Assembly (NCBI GenBank): GCA_964607415.1
Contig: CAZSKK010000001.1
Span: 492,939 to 556,938 of the forward strand
Reading direction: 5' to 3'
Origin: an uncultured Candidatus Saccharibacteria bacterium
GTDB lineage: Bacteria > Patescibacteriota > Dojkabacteria > J137
DNA: 64,000 nucleotides
The notes beneath the pieces are model-generated. The model saw nothing but the letters and a program-made list of their open reading frames with translations. It ran no database searches and had not been told where the DNA came from. A program made the translations under genes and the position numbers. Within the stretch, counting starts at the first letter, position 1, and each line of letters begins with the position of its first letter. Shown here piece after piece: positions 46,299 to 56,437 of this stretch.

Positions 46299-48248
46299 TT
46301 ATTTAAATATCTTCCTGTGTAATTGCTTAGCCTCAGGATCAGTTAAATGCATGTACGCAACTCTTATTGTGTATTTTGTACTATTATCATTTGTAAACTG
46401 ATCTATAACCTTATAGCTCCAAATATTATCACTTTCGTTTTGAATTAACTTTTGCACTTCTTGTTCAAGGTTTTTGCTAGAGTCTAAAACAAGATTTGTG
46501 TCTAGCTCAACAATTTTTTGAGTAATTTCTTGAACAGGTTTTGCACTTTCATGTTTAGATAAAACCTCATCAAGTTTTGTTAAATTGATCTCAGAAATAT
46601 TGGATTCATCTACTTTGCTTTTATTGGAGCTATAAATTATACCAATCTTAATGTCTTCAACATATACATCCCAACAAGCCTTTGGATGAGCCGAGCCGGG
46701 TATAGATTCTGAATTTTTATAATAAATTCTATTAATACCTTCTAGTCTTAAAATTGTTTCCAAAGTGTTTTTGAGATCGTTAATGTCTTTACTGACACTT
46801 AGTATGCCCAAATGTTCTTCCTCATTGTAATCTTCAAACTTACCAAATACTTTTCCAATTTCAAAAATTGTTATATCAGAAATATTGTTTTTTTTCATTT
46901 CAGCAGCTTGTCCAATAAGACTTGCTGCAATAGTTTGTCTAAGATTCGAAACTTCCTCATTAATCGAATTAGTAACCTTTATCTCTGACCATTTTTGATA
47001 ATTAGAAGTATTATTGATGCTGTCACCAACAAGTACCCAAGATCTTACTTCGTCAAAACCTGATTTAGAAAGATTATCAGTTATTCTTTTCGAAAGCTTA
47101 ATTCTGCTTGGAGTAATTTCTTTAAACACAGGTAATACTAAGCTATCTTTAGGAATATTGTTAAATCCTTTAAGTCTTATTATTTCTTCAAATACGTCTT
47201 CTTCAAGCTCAATATCTAATCTATCAATTGGCCTTTTAACTTTTAGTTTTGGAAGGTCGGTTTCTATTATTTCAAAACCCAATCTTGTTAAATAGTTAAT
47301 TGAGTCTTCGTAAGGGATTTCAATTCCTGCAATCTGTTGAACTTTGTTTAACTCTACATCAATAATAATTTCTGGAGTTTTGACAATATAGCTTTCAAAA
47401 AGTTTTGAAGAAATAATACCTCCGCAATTCTCTAAAATTAAATTTACGAGCAAATTAAAGGCATACGGAATTGATTCAGGATCCAGGTATTTTTCAAGCC
47501 TACTTCCAGCTTCTGTCGCAACTCTCATTTGTCTTGAATTTTTTCTAACAACACCACCTTCATAAACTGCAATTTCCAGAATAATATTTCGTGTATTTGA
47601 ATTAATGGCAACTTCTGATCCTCCAATCATCGACAAGGATAGAGGTCTTATACCATCAGAAATAACAATTGCATCATTTACAATATCCAGTTCCTCACCA
47701 GAAAGAGTTTTAAACTTTTTATATTTACCATTATTCATTTCCCAAACTAGCTTATCTGAACCCATTAAGTCTATATCAAATGCATGTGAAGGATGACCTG
47801 TTAAAATCATTACATAGTTTGTTAAGTCAACAAGATTATTGATTGAATTAATATCGTATTGTGCAAGATACTCTTTAAGCCATGCTGGTGATTCGTTAAC
47901 TTTGAGGTCTGAAATTTTTATTGCTAAAAGTCTTTTTGTTTCTCTATTAGTTTTTACTTCTATTGGAAGATTGTAAGATTGCGTGACTAAATCTAAGCTA
48001 AAATCATCCTTTTTTAATGGAATATTGTAGTAAGCTGACAGTTCTCGGGCAAGGCCCAAAACGCCAAAGCTATCTGCTCTATTTTGTCGAACTTCTAAAT
48101 CTAATAGGAAATCCTTTTGACCATTTACTTCAACTTCAAAGAATTTGTCAATCATAAAGCCAGTTATTGTAAAAACCTGCGCAACTTCTTTTGCATCAGC
48201 TTTTAAATCTGGAAGATATTTTTTTAGCTCAGAATAAAGTACTTTCAT
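46299..48248 (-). CDS. pheT: Phenylalanyl-tRNA synthetase beta subunit, lacking the N-terminal tRNA-binding domain.
   Basis: B3/B4 region (LVDLTNYVMILTGHPSHAFD), B5, and a C-terminal FDX-ACB-like domain. No pheS is adjacent. Confidence 0.85.
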   Translation of the reverse strand: MKVLYSELKKYLPDLKADAKEVAQVFTITGFMIDKFFEVEVNGQKDFLLDLEVRQNRADSFGVLGLARELSAYYNIPLKKDDFSLDLVTQSYNLPIEVKTNRETKRLLAIKISDLKVNESPAWLKEYLAQYDINSINNLVDLTNYVMILTGHPSHAFDIDLMGSDKLVWEMNNGKYKKFKTLSGEELDIVNDAIVISDGIRPLSLSMIGGSEVAINSNTRNIILEIAVYEGGVVRKNSRQMRVATEAGSRLEKYLDPESIPYAFNLLVNLILENCGGIISSKLFESYIVKTPEIIIDVELNKVQQIAGIEIPYEDSINYLTRLGFEIIETDLPKLKVKRPIDRLDIELEEDVFEEIIRLKGFNNIPKDSLVLPVFKEITPSRIKLSKRITDNLSKSGFDEVRSWVLVGDSINNTSNYQKWSEIKVTNSINEEVSNLRQTIAASLIGQAAEMKKNNISDITIFEIGKVFGKFEDYNEEEHLGILSVSKDINDLKNTLETILRLEGINRIYYKNSESIPGSAHPKACWDVYVEDIKIGIIYSSNKSKVDESNISEINLTKLDEVLSKHESAKPVQEITQKIVELDTNLVLDSSKNLEQEVQKLIQNESDNIWSYKVIDQFTNDNSTKYTIRVAYMHLTDPEAKQLHRKIFK

Positions 48249-48321
48249 AAATTAGAATTTTGAAAATTGATTTTAGATTATTGAATAGAATTAAGATTCA
48301 CGATTCAGGAATTAAGAAAAA

Positions 48322-48393
48322 GTTAATTGGTTAATTCGTTCTGGGTTAATTGGTGTCCACAAATTAACTTCTTCTCCGTTAACTAATTAACCA
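48322..48393. promoter_or_regulatory. TTAATTGG motif cluster upstream of pheT.
   Basis: agttaattggttaattcgttctgggttaattggtgtcc ... aaattaact ... gttaactaattaacc. Confidence 0.35.
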
Positions 48394-48429
48394 CTTTATT
48401 GCCCCAAAAACCTCTAGCCTGTCTTGCTC

Positions 48430-49185
48430 TCAACCTCTTTCACTCTCTTCCTCTAGTGCTTTAATGAATATCCTCACTGATTTTAACTTCTTTTCAAGTA
48501 AGGTTTCAAGCCAAGAAATGTGAATATTGAGTAATTTCAACTTTTCTTCAGAATCTAGTGAAAGTTTTAAAGATGAAAAAAGTCCCGTTTTTAATACAAA
48601 TTTCTGTGCCTTTACAAATCTGGAATCAATTTTAGTAAGCATCATTCCCTTTTGGTTAGATACATATCCCACATGATCTTCCAATATAAATATTTGATCC
48701 TCTAAAAGCTTTTCTCCAGTAATTACACATGTTGATAAATCCGGAAGATTTCCAGTAATATCCAAAATCTGAACTATAAAGATTAACATTATCAATGTTA
48801 TGTCTGATAGATCTTCCAAACCCAAAATGTTCGAGACAGTCTTAAAAAGTCTTGGGTCGTGATTTTCCTCGAAGCAAAAATTGTTGATAATCTCACAAAT
48901 TAGCTGTAAAGCAGTTAAACAAACAAAATCTTTTTTCCATTGGCGTAAATCCGATAGAAGTTCAACATCAGACACTATTGGCACATTATACCCTTCAACA
49001 ATTTTTGCTTTAACAAAATTTCCTAAATCAATAGAATGGGATTTTCTACTGAATTGTTTTTTTACACCTTTTGCAATAAAAGATTTCTTGGATCCATTGG
49101 TATCAATGATATTTATAACTTTATCCGAAGCTCCAGAATCAAAAACTCTGTAGATATATCCTTTGATTGTTGTAGTTGGTTTCAT
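48430..49185 (-). CDS. recO: DNA repair protein RecO-like.
   Basis: N-terminal OB-fold pattern (GYIYRVFDSGASDKVINIID...FIAKGVKK...SIDLGNFVKAKIVEG) followed by a helical domain. No classic Cys4 zinc finger. Confidence 0.5.
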   Translation of the reverse strand: MKPTTTIKGYIYRVFDSGASDKVINIIDTNGSKKSFIAKGVKKQFSRKSHSIDLGNFVKAKIVEGYNVPIVSDVELLSDLRQWKKDFVCLTALQLICEIINNFCFEENHDPRLFKTVSNILGLEDLSDITLIMLIFIVQILDITGNLPDLSTCVITGEKLLEDQIFILEDHVGYVSNQKGMMLTKIDSRFVKAQKFVLKTGLFSSLKLSLDSEEKLKLLNIHISWLETLLEKKLKSVRIFIKALEEESERG

Positions 49186-49865
49186 GCTTCAGCTAAAGGT
49201 AGACTACGCAAAATTTTTCTAAAAATTTTATCTTTCTTAGGATCTTTTGATAAAACAAAGCCATCAAATGTTATGCCCCAACTTTTTACAAGCTGATCCA
49301 ATGTAGGCATTCTATTTTTTAGAGCCTCACCTAGGCTTAATCTAACTTCCTCATTAATCTTATCACAAGAAGATAAGCGATATACTAAATATAATGGTGC
49401 TTCCCGGAGATCTAAATTCAGCAAATCTTTTTCCAAATTAATCAAACATCCTTGTGCAAAGATCCTAATACGAAGAGGTGTGGGTTGAGTTTCGACGAAA
49501 GAGTCAATAACATCCAAATAGATCATAAGCTTGTCCTCTATCTTAAGGGCTTTTATTTGCCTTCTATAAGTGTCCAGGTTTCCGATGGTTCCATGTTTAA
49601 AATCTTGTCTGATATTAAACGAAAGTTTGCTCCAAACAATTGCTTCACCTGAATCAGGTTCATCACCAATTATAGTTTCCAACTGTGATTCAGCAGGAAT
49701 TGCTTGTAACCCATCAACTGCCACTGGATTTACTGATTCCTTAAGCTCACCATCAGTTATCGCTCCTGTAGTATCAACCAACTGTGGTCCTGTTTTACCA
49801 GCTCTAGTGGATGCAATTAAGAATAAATCATCAGTCGGTTGACTTAAATCGTTCATAAGAATCAA
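49182..49865 (-). CDS. Hypothetical protein. 4-nt overlap with the recO-like gene.
   Basis: 227-aa ORF. Confidence 0.45.
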   Translation of the reverse strand: MILMNDLSQPTDDLFLIASTRAGKTGPQLVDTTGAITDGELKESVNPVAVDGLQAIPAESQLETIIGDEPDSGEAIVWSKLSFNIRQDFKHGTIGNLDTYRRQIKALKIEDKLMIYLDVIDSFVETQPTPLRIRIFAQGCLINLEKDLLNLDLREAPLYLVYRLSSCDKINEEVRLSLGEALKNRMPTLDQLVKSWGITFDGFVLSKDPKKDKIFRKILRSLPLAEA

Positions 49866-50045
49866 TTAAACATTATATGCTACCAGACACCGGCAGAGGT
49901 TTCAAATTAACTCCAAATAACTACAATTTCACTTATTACTGGTTTTTGCTAGAATGTGAGAGCTTGAGTTGACAAGTTTACGAGTCAGCAAGTTTTCTTG
50001 AAAAGTATTCTTGAATCATGAATCTTTAATCTTTAATCTTTATTT

Positions 50046-50567
50046 ATGTCTAACAAAACTTTATTTTTAGGAATTATCATTATTATCGTTATGGCAGCAT
50101 TTGTAATTTATAACCCAAAAAAGATCGAAAATAAAAGAAGACCAGTTGACTCCAATACAAATTCGACTTCAAATACATTTGAGAGTAGGCTTAAGAATGC
50201 AGATACATCCAGCTTAGAAACTTTATCTAGCAAACTAACTGAGTTGCAAACTCTGGTTATTGCCGAAGGATCTGGAGATGAAACTGTTGCAACTGGACAA
50301 AGGATAAGAGTAAACTACAGAGGATGGTTAGCATCTAATGGACAAGTTTTTGATCAATCATTTAATAGAGGCGATGAAGGGTTTACATTTACCGTAGGAA
50401 GTGGAGTAATCGTGGGCTGGAGCCAAGGTGTTGTTGGAATGAAAGTAGGTGAGGTAAGAAGATTAAAAATCCCATCAGATTTAGGCTATGGTGAAGGTGG
50501 CGCCGGAGATTCAATTCCTGCAAATGCAGACCTTATCTTTGACGTTGAATTAATCGAAATACTATAA
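50046..50567 (+). CDS. FKBP-type peptidyl-prolyl cis-trans isomerase, membrane-anchored.
   Basis: GQRIRVNYRGWLASNGQVFDQSF...FTFTVGSGVIVGWSQGVVGMKVGEVRRLKIPSDLGYG...ADLIFDVELIEI. Confidence 0.85.
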   Translation: MSNKTLFLGIIIIIVMAAFVIYNPKKIENKRRPVDSNTNSTSNTFESRLKNADTSSLETLSSKLTELQTLVIAEGSGDETVATGQRIRVNYRGWLASNGQVFDQSFNRGDEGFTFTVGSGVIVGWSQGVVGMKVGEVRRLKIPSDLGYGEGGAGDSIPANADLIFDVELIEIL

Positions 50568-50644
50568 TGTTTGATGTTAAGTAAACAAGTGAAAAATTTT
50601 GTAATTTAAATAAATTTAGTTTAATTTCTAATCTTTAATCTTTT

Positions 50645-51262
50645 TTGAATCCCTTTTTTGAAAAACCACAAACAAAAAAAACAACAAAAAGCGTATTTCT
50701 AAATATGCTTCAAATCCTTGTTGTAATTAGTGCAATATTCATTGTTATGTACCTTGTTGTGGTTAACCCTAACCAAGTTGATGGTCCATCAATGGAACCG
50801 AACTTCTACAATGGTCAACTTTTATTCACCAATAAGCTTTATAACATTTTAGGCGAACAGGAAGTTGGGAAAAGTTTAAACTTAACCTACAAACGGGGCG
50901 ATGTTATAACTTTCCAAAAATCAGGCGATAGAAAAGCATTAATCAAAAGAGTTATTGGACTCCCGGGCGAACGAGTAGCAATCAAAAATGGTAGCTTTTA
51001 TATAAATAATCAAAAATTAACCGAAGAATATCTTCCACCTGCAACATATACCAGAGGTGGCGAGTTTATTGAGGATGGAGGAGAAAGCATTTTAGTTGAA
51101 GAGGGAAGTTATTTTGTCGCAGGAGACAACAGATCTGTAAGCAGAGATTCCAGATCAATAGGTTTAATAAAGCACGATTGGATAAAAGGAAAAGTTATCT
51201 TAAGATTCTGGCCACTTAAAGACTTCTCATTAATTAACCGAGGGACTACAAGTTTACAATAA
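50645..51262 (+). CDS. lepB: Signal peptidase I.
   Basis: S26 boxes: GPSMEPN, KRVIGLPGE, GDNRSVSRDSR. Confidence 0.85.
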   Translation: MNPFFEKPQTKKTTKSVFLNMLQILVVISAIFIVMYLVVVNPNQVDGPSMEPNFYNGQLLFTNKLYNILGEQEVGKSLNLTYKRGDVITFQKSGDRKALIKRVIGLPGERVAIKNGSFYINNQKLTEEYLPPATYTRGGEFIEDGGESILVEEGSYFVAGDNRSVSRDSRSIGLIKHDWIKGKVILRFWPLKDFSLINRGTTSLQ

Positions 51263-51268
51263 TATACT

Positions 51269-51312
51269 GGTTAATTGGCTTACGTTTAATTAGTAGTGTT
51301 ACTTGTTAACCG
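51269..51312. promoter_or_regulatory. TTAATTGG / TTAATTAG motif pair between convergent lepB and sufC.
   Basis: ggttaattggcttacgtttaattagtagtg ... ttgttaacc. Confidence 0.35.
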
Positions 51313-51324
51313 TAAAGAAATTGA

Positions 51325-52083
51325 CTAAACCATTTTTCCACTTACCATTTCATGAACAAAATCAGGTTTTAGATATTCCTGGACTTTATCGTAATGGGTA
51401 ATTATTATGAAAGCAATTTCAGGATTTATTTTCCTAAAATTTGAAAGCCCTTCAAAAACATCTTGAATTGATTGCTTATCTAAACCTGAATCTATTTCAT
51501 CTAAGAATGCATACCTTGGTTCAAGAATCAGAAACTGTAAAATTTCAGTTTTTTTCTTTTCACCGCCCGAAAAACCTTCATTAAGGTTTCTAGTTAAAAG
51601 ATGTTTGGGATACTTTATAAGTTCTGCTCTTTCCTCTAGAAATTTTTTAAATTTAAATACAGGAAGTTGCTCTTCTTTTGGCTTACGATTATTGTAAATC
51701 AACCGCAAATAACTAATTAGATTAACACCCGGGATTTCTGTTGGGTATTGATTGGCAAGATATAATCCGGCAAAGGATCTTTCGTTTGGCTCAAGTATAG
51801 AAATATCGATATCAAAACTATCCCCTTCATTTTTTTTAAAAGCTTCAGGATTTATTTTCTCTACTTCCAGCCTTGAGTATTTTTCATGAATTAATTTTAT
51901 TGTACCAGATGTTTTTTCAAAAGATGGGTTTGCCATCACAACATTAAAAAAGCTGCTTTTGCCTGACCCATTTCTTCCATTTACAAGATGTACTTGGCCC
52001 TTATCCGCCAAAAGATTTACATCACTTAGAATAGTCTTCCTACCTTCAATCAATTTTGCTGACAGATTTTTTACTTCAAACAT
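51325..52083 (-). CDS. sufC: Fe-S cluster assembly ATPase SufC.
   Basis: Walker A (GRNGSGKSS), NQYPTEIPGV, LLTRNLNEGFSGGEKKKTEILQ, LDEIDSGLD, ITHYDKVQEYLKPDFVH. Confidence 0.85.
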   Translation of the reverse strand: MFEVKNLSAKLIEGRKTILSDVNLLADKGQVHLVNGRNGSGKSSFFNVVMANPSFEKTSGTIKLIHEKYSRLEVEKINPEAFKKNEGDSFDIDISILEPNERSFAGLYLANQYPTEIPGVNLISYLRLIYNNRKPKEEQLPVFKFKKFLEERAELIKYPKHLLTRNLNEGFSGGEKKKTEILQFLILEPRYAFLDEIDSGLDKQSIQDVFEGLSNFRKINPEIAFIIITHYDKVQEYLKPDFVHEMVSGKMV

Positions 52084-52115
52084 CTATGAATTTAATAATG
52101 ATTTCCGATTATACA

Positions 52116-52970
52116 CTATGATTTGTGTTTTTTTAACTTGTTTTGAAATAGTAAAAATGATCCCAATCCAACTATAATTAATCCACCACTTATTACACCA
52201 AAAATTGTGAATACTTTATTATTATCAGAATTTCCTTCATTAGTAGTTGCAACTCTGGATGGTGTATTAACTTCAAAGCTTTGTGGATCGTCACTTCGCA
52301 GCTTTACGTATGAATCAGCAAATACATTAGACCTTTTATCGATTGTTCTTAAAATCACATATCCGGGTAATTTAGTGTTTTCAAAAGATTTAATAGCGCT
52401 AGTAGCTTTCATTGTTTGTCCATCATTTAAATCCCAAATATAATCATATTTTTGTATATCTGGATTAATCACCTTGAACTCAATTTCTTTAAATCTAGAA
52501 ATATCTTTTGTTGGATTTACATCCGAAACTTCTTGCCCATCAACGCTAAAACTAGTAGGTTCAATTTCATCGCCAATAATAATCATAAATGTTTCATCAA
52601 ATTCTGATTTATTTTCTTCAATCACTTCTATTTTTACAAAATAATTTCCTGTTTCTTCAAATAAATGGTTAACTTCTACTCCATTTAAATTTTTATCTTC
52701 AATTTGCCATTTTACTTCTACATTTTTCTCAAATCCCAAAGCTTCTAAATCTACTTTAAAATTAATTTCCCGGTTTTTTTCAAAGTTCTTTGTTAAAACA
52801 TGTTCACTCCACTCAAGTTTGGATGTATTTGGAGATTCGTTATCAGTGCTTAAACTTTCATTGTTTATAATAAGCCATGGATTTATTGAAACATCATGTG
52901 CTTTTACAATTAATGAGTTATTGAGTAGAATTAGTAATCCAAGAACCAATACCAGAATATATTTATGCAT
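52116..52970 (-). CDS. Secreted, C-terminally anchored protein with two PKD-like domains.
   Basis: Signal peptide. WQIEDKNLNGVEVNHLFEETGNYFVKIEV and YIWDLNDGQTMKATS...GYVILRTID have the PKD-like pattern. C-terminal TM. Confidence 0.45.
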   Translation of the reverse strand: MHKYILVLVLGLLILLNNSLIVKAHDVSINPWLIINNESLSTDNESPNTSKLEWSEHVLTKNFEKNREINFKVDLEALGFEKNVEVKWQIEDKNLNGVEVNHLFEETGNYFVKIEVIEENKSEFDETFMIIIGDEIEPTSFSVDGQEVSDVNPTKDISRFKEIEFKVINPDIQKYDYIWDLNDGQTMKATSAIKSFENTKLPGYVILRTIDKRSNVFADSYVKLRSDDPQSFEVNTPSRVATTNEGNSDNNKVFTIFGVISGGLIIVGLGSFLLFQNKLKKHKS

Positions 52971-54188
52971 AAATTAAAAAATAACAAATCAAAAGTCTTC
53001 ATTGCAATTTGGATTATTCTTTTAGCACTGTTTTCAATCAGCTTATTAAGCTTTTTACTGATAGACCAGTCCAATTTTCCAAATTCACAGGATAATTCTA
53101 CCATTAAAACAAACACTACTTACAACAACATGCATGAGATTGAAAGCTGCTTTAGCCTTCCTTCTGATAAACAGCAAAAATGTTTTGATGATTTTATAAA
53201 AGATTACGCAATAACAAACAACAAAGATGTAAATGGTTTACTAACTGATTTAGAAGTAGCAAGATCCAAAAATAAAACAATTGAAAATAGTTGCCATCCA
53301 ATAGCACATGCAATTGGAAGATACTCTTTAGTAAAATATATAAACGTAGGCGACTCTTTTGAAAAGTGCGATTTAACTTGTCATTCTGGTTGTTATCACG
53401 GTGTAATGGAAAGGCTTTTTTTTACAGATAAGGAAATTTCTTCTTCAACAAATCATTTAAATCCAACCGATTTAAAAGATAAAATTCCAGATATCTGTAA
53501 TAAAAACAATTTTAGCGATCCTTCTAACTCAATCATTTTTCAATGCTTACATGGAGTTGGACATGCAATACTCTATTCTATGGCCTACAACCTTGAAGAT
53601 GCATTAATTTCGTGTGATTTTTTTAAAACTAGTTACGAACAAAGTTCTTGTTACGGCGGAGTTTTTATGGAGAATGTTACTGCATTTGATAAAAAGCTAA
53701 GAGATGTTAATCCAAAGGATCCACTCTACCCTTGCAATAAAGTTGACAAAAAATACAAAAGAGATTGTTTTACAATGCAAACAAGTTTGATGTTTGAATA
53801 TGGGTTAAGCATTCCACAAATCGCTGAACAGTGCAGGCTTGCTAAAGACTATAAAAGTAACTGTTTTATTAGTTTAGGTAGAGATTTGAGTAATTATGTA
53901 CGAACTGGGAATTCAAAATTAGCTGTTGAGGCATGTGAAATTTCAAGTTTGGGAAATCAGCAAAATTGTATAGACGGTGTGGTTTATGCGCTCATTGATA
54001 ATACTTGGGATGCAACTTTTGCATTTGGATTTTGCAACAGCTTATCAGACCCTAATAACAAAAAGACCTGTTACAAAGATTCCCTTAGCTACCTGGGCTG
54101 GTCATATAATAAAAACGAAAACAAAAAAAAAGAAGAGTGCCAAAAATTTGCTGGATCGGCAATAGATCTATGTTATGATTCCATATAA
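52965..54188 (+). CDS. Membrane-anchored Cys/His-rich hypothetical protein.
   Basis: N-terminal TM. Repeated C..H(G)..H motifs (CHPIAHAIG, CHSGCYHGV, CLHGVGHAI). Its start overlaps the divergent gene's start in the palindrome ATGCAT. Confidence 0.45.
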   Translation: MHKLKNNKSKVFIAIWIILLALFSISLLSFLLIDQSNFPNSQDNSTIKTNTTYNNMHEIESCFSLPSDKQQKCFDDFIKDYAITNNKDVNGLLTDLEVARSKNKTIENSCHPIAHAIGRYSLVKYINVGDSFEKCDLTCHSGCYHGVMERLFFTDKEISSSTNHLNPTDLKDKIPDICNKNNFSDPSNSIIFQCLHGVGHAILYSMAYNLEDALISCDFFKTSYEQSSCYGGVFMENVTAFDKKLRDVNPKDPLYPCNKVDKKYKRDCFTMQTSLMFEYGLSIPQIAEQCRLAKDYKSNCFISLGRDLSNYVRTGNSKLAVEACEISSLGNQQNCIDGVVYALIDNTWDATFAFGFCNSLSDPNNKKTCYKDSLSYLGWSYNKNENKKKEECQKFAGSAIDLCYDSI

Positions 54189-54204
54189 ATTAAAATTTTA
54201 AATA

Positions 54205-54597
54205 ATGGAATCAACTGCCCAATCAATCGATACTTTTAGAAGACTTTGTGAACAATACGTAGATTTTAGAGATCTTATTCTAATTACCTTTGGTAGAGCT
54301 AAAAGATTAAGAGACGAGAATAGTATGAAAGATGCGCTTTCCTTGGAGGAACTGATGCTTAACTATACAATTCAATATCTAAATTTTAGCCACGATACAC
54401 CTTATAAAGAAGCGTTCGCGAGAAATCTTCTAGAAGGAATTTATCTAAAAATATCTGGCCAATCTATTGATCTACAATCTCATGTATATGGAAATACGGT
54501 TCAAGTTTACTTTGCCCACGAAACTGAAATAAATGATCTGGTGTATCATGCTGACTGGAATAATTTCTGGAAAGAATTATCTGCCTTTACTTCCTAG
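54205..54597 (+). CDS. Hypothetical protein.
   Basis: 130-aa ORF. Confidence 0.45.
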   Translation: MESTAQSIDTFRRLCEQYVDFRDLILITFGRAKRLRDENSMKDALSLEELMLNYTIQYLNFSHDTPYKEAFARNLLEGIYLKISGQSIDLQSHVYGNTVQVYFAHETEINDLVYHADWNNFWKELSAFTS

Positions 54598-54908
54598 ACT
54601 TTTAATAAAGTAAAAATATTTCTTAATCCAACTTTTTAGTATTTTTTGTATAATTAAAAAGCAACTCTAGATTTCCTTAAGTTTTAAATCTTTATAGATT
54701 TATTAACGACTTTGTAAGCAGTCGTTACAATAATGGGGCTTACTTTCAAAGATAAGCTTCCTAGAGCAACCTAATTTCTTTAAAACACAATACTTGAATT
54801 GCTAGAACAGATTAACAAATTTGAAGCAAAGTACCTAATACTGTCTTCGATTTCAGAGTTAGTGGCTCAAAATGACAATTAATGTCGCCATTTGCCGGCA
54901 ACTTTTAA

Positions 54909-55307
54909 TTGACAAGTCGTATAGCCAATTATATAATGGCTATAGTTAATTTTAGTTACCGATATATGGAGACAATTGAAAACTTATTCGCAAGAGAGTC
55001 TATCAGGAACTATTTTGTTCCTCGTATTGAAAAACAAACTAAAGCGTTTTTTAGCGCAAAAAAAGAAGTTATACAAAAATATATACCTTCTGATTTTATT
55101 AAGCATTTAAACGCAAACATATTACAAAGTATTTATTTTGATCCTGAACTGAGCGATCAAACTAGATCGATTTATGAAAGTATCTGGAATACATTGATTG
55201 CTCAGGAAAGTACACAAAAAGAATTAACTCAGCTTTTTGCTTTAGAGCAGGGAAAAGCACTTAACAGAGTTCATGATGAAGCTAAAGGAATTCACCAAGA
55301 AGCTTAA
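54909..55307 (+). CDS. Hypothetical protein.
   Basis: 132-aa ORF. Confidence 0.45.
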   Translation: MTSRIANYIMAIVNFSYRYMETIENLFARESIRNYFVPRIEKQTKAFFSAKKEVIQKYIPSDFIKHLNANILQSIYFDPELSDQTRSIYESIWNTLIAQESTQKELTQLFALEQGKALNRVHDEAKGIHQEA

Positions 55308-55327
55308 TAAAATATTAGAAAAATACT

Positions 55328-56044
55328 ATGTTAAACGAACCTAGAGGTAATTTCGAACAATTCCAACCAACTGTTGCAGAAGTCATAGAAGTGACTATCA
55401 ATAAGCTTATTGATGTTGATTCTGCATTAATGGTATGCGATATTCCCATTTACGAAATTTGGGATTCAAAAGATGTACAAGATTTCCTGAACGAGTTCGG
55501 CGCTAGTCCTATAGACCTTACAACTACAACTTATTTTGGGAAAAACCCTGTAATTGTTGAACTAGCTTTCGCTGTAATGGAAAAGCTAAGAGGTCTTGAT
55601 ATACAAAAGTATATTTCATATATCAAAGCTAACTGTATTTCAATAGAAGAGCAAGAAGGTAGACATGATAGATCCGCTAGTAACCATTACTTAAATTCAG
55701 AAACCACTCCTACTCGTCTTGACCTTAACCCTGATTTACTTTCATTTGCTGATATGGCATTCGGTTGGATTAGCTCTGGACGATTAACAGAAGCTTCTTT
55801 TAAGGAAAAATACGAATGCCAATATTCCCCAAATGAGTTCGCAGCAATCTTAAATTATTTCACCGAAAAACAAACAGCTCAAGCAAACGGTCTTAATTCT
55901 GACTTACTCTCATTCGCTAATATGGCAAAAGATTGGATTAAGCTGGGACAGATGGATATAGAAACATTTAAATCTAAATTTGGGAAAAAATATACTCCAA
56001 GAGAATTTCAAGGAATATTAGCCTATATTTTTAGTGAACAATAA
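55328..56044 (+). CDS. Hypothetical protein with an internal tandem duplication of ~50 aa.
   Basis: LNPDLLSFADMAFGWISSGRLTEASFKEKYECQYSPNEFAAILNYFTEKQ versus LNSDLLSFANMAKDWIKLGQMDIETFKSKFGKKYTPREFQGILAYIFSEQ. Confidence 0.5.
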   Translation: MLNEPRGNFEQFQPTVAEVIEVTINKLIDVDSALMVCDIPIYEIWDSKDVQDFLNEFGASPIDLTTTTYFGKNPVIVELAFAVMEKLRGLDIQKYISYIKANCISIEEQEGRHDRSASNHYLNSETTPTRLDLNPDLLSFADMAFGWISSGRLTEASFKEKYECQYSPNEFAAILNYFTEKQTAQANGLNSDLLSFANMAKDWIKLGQMDIETFKSKFGKKYTPREFQGILAYIFSEQ

Positions 56045-56056
56045 ATTGAATTCCAT

Positions 56057-56437
56057 ATGACAAGATTTTCAACAACAAAACTTACAGCAGAACAGTTTTG
56101 GGCAGTATTACCTGAATATGTAGACAACATAGCTGGCTTACTTGATCTAAGCTCAGAGGCAGAGAAAGCCCTGGTAGCTTATCTAGCAAAAAATTGCCTA
56201 TCTGAGCACCCAGCTTTAGATATAACTAATGGAGTAAATAATCAAGCATTTAAAAATGCCAGAATGTTTTACCTCCAAGAAGTTGATAGCATTCAAACAG
56301 AATCCGTTAACAAAGCATTTGATAAATGTATTGAAACTGACTCTATAAAGATATTTGAAATTGGAAGATCAATTATATATAAGAGATTTGGAATATCAGA
56401 GCAAGAAACAATCACAGCTGAGCTCCAGGTGGCTTAA
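56057..56437 (+). CDS. Hypothetical protein.
   Basis: 126-aa ORF, 12 nt after the previous gene. Confidence 0.45.
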   Translation: MTRFSTTKLTAEQFWAVLPEYVDNIAGLLDLSSEAEKALVAYLAKNCLSEHPALDITNGVNNQAFKNARMFYLQEVDSIQTESVNKAFDKCIETDSIKIFEIGRSIIYKRFGISEQETITAELQVA

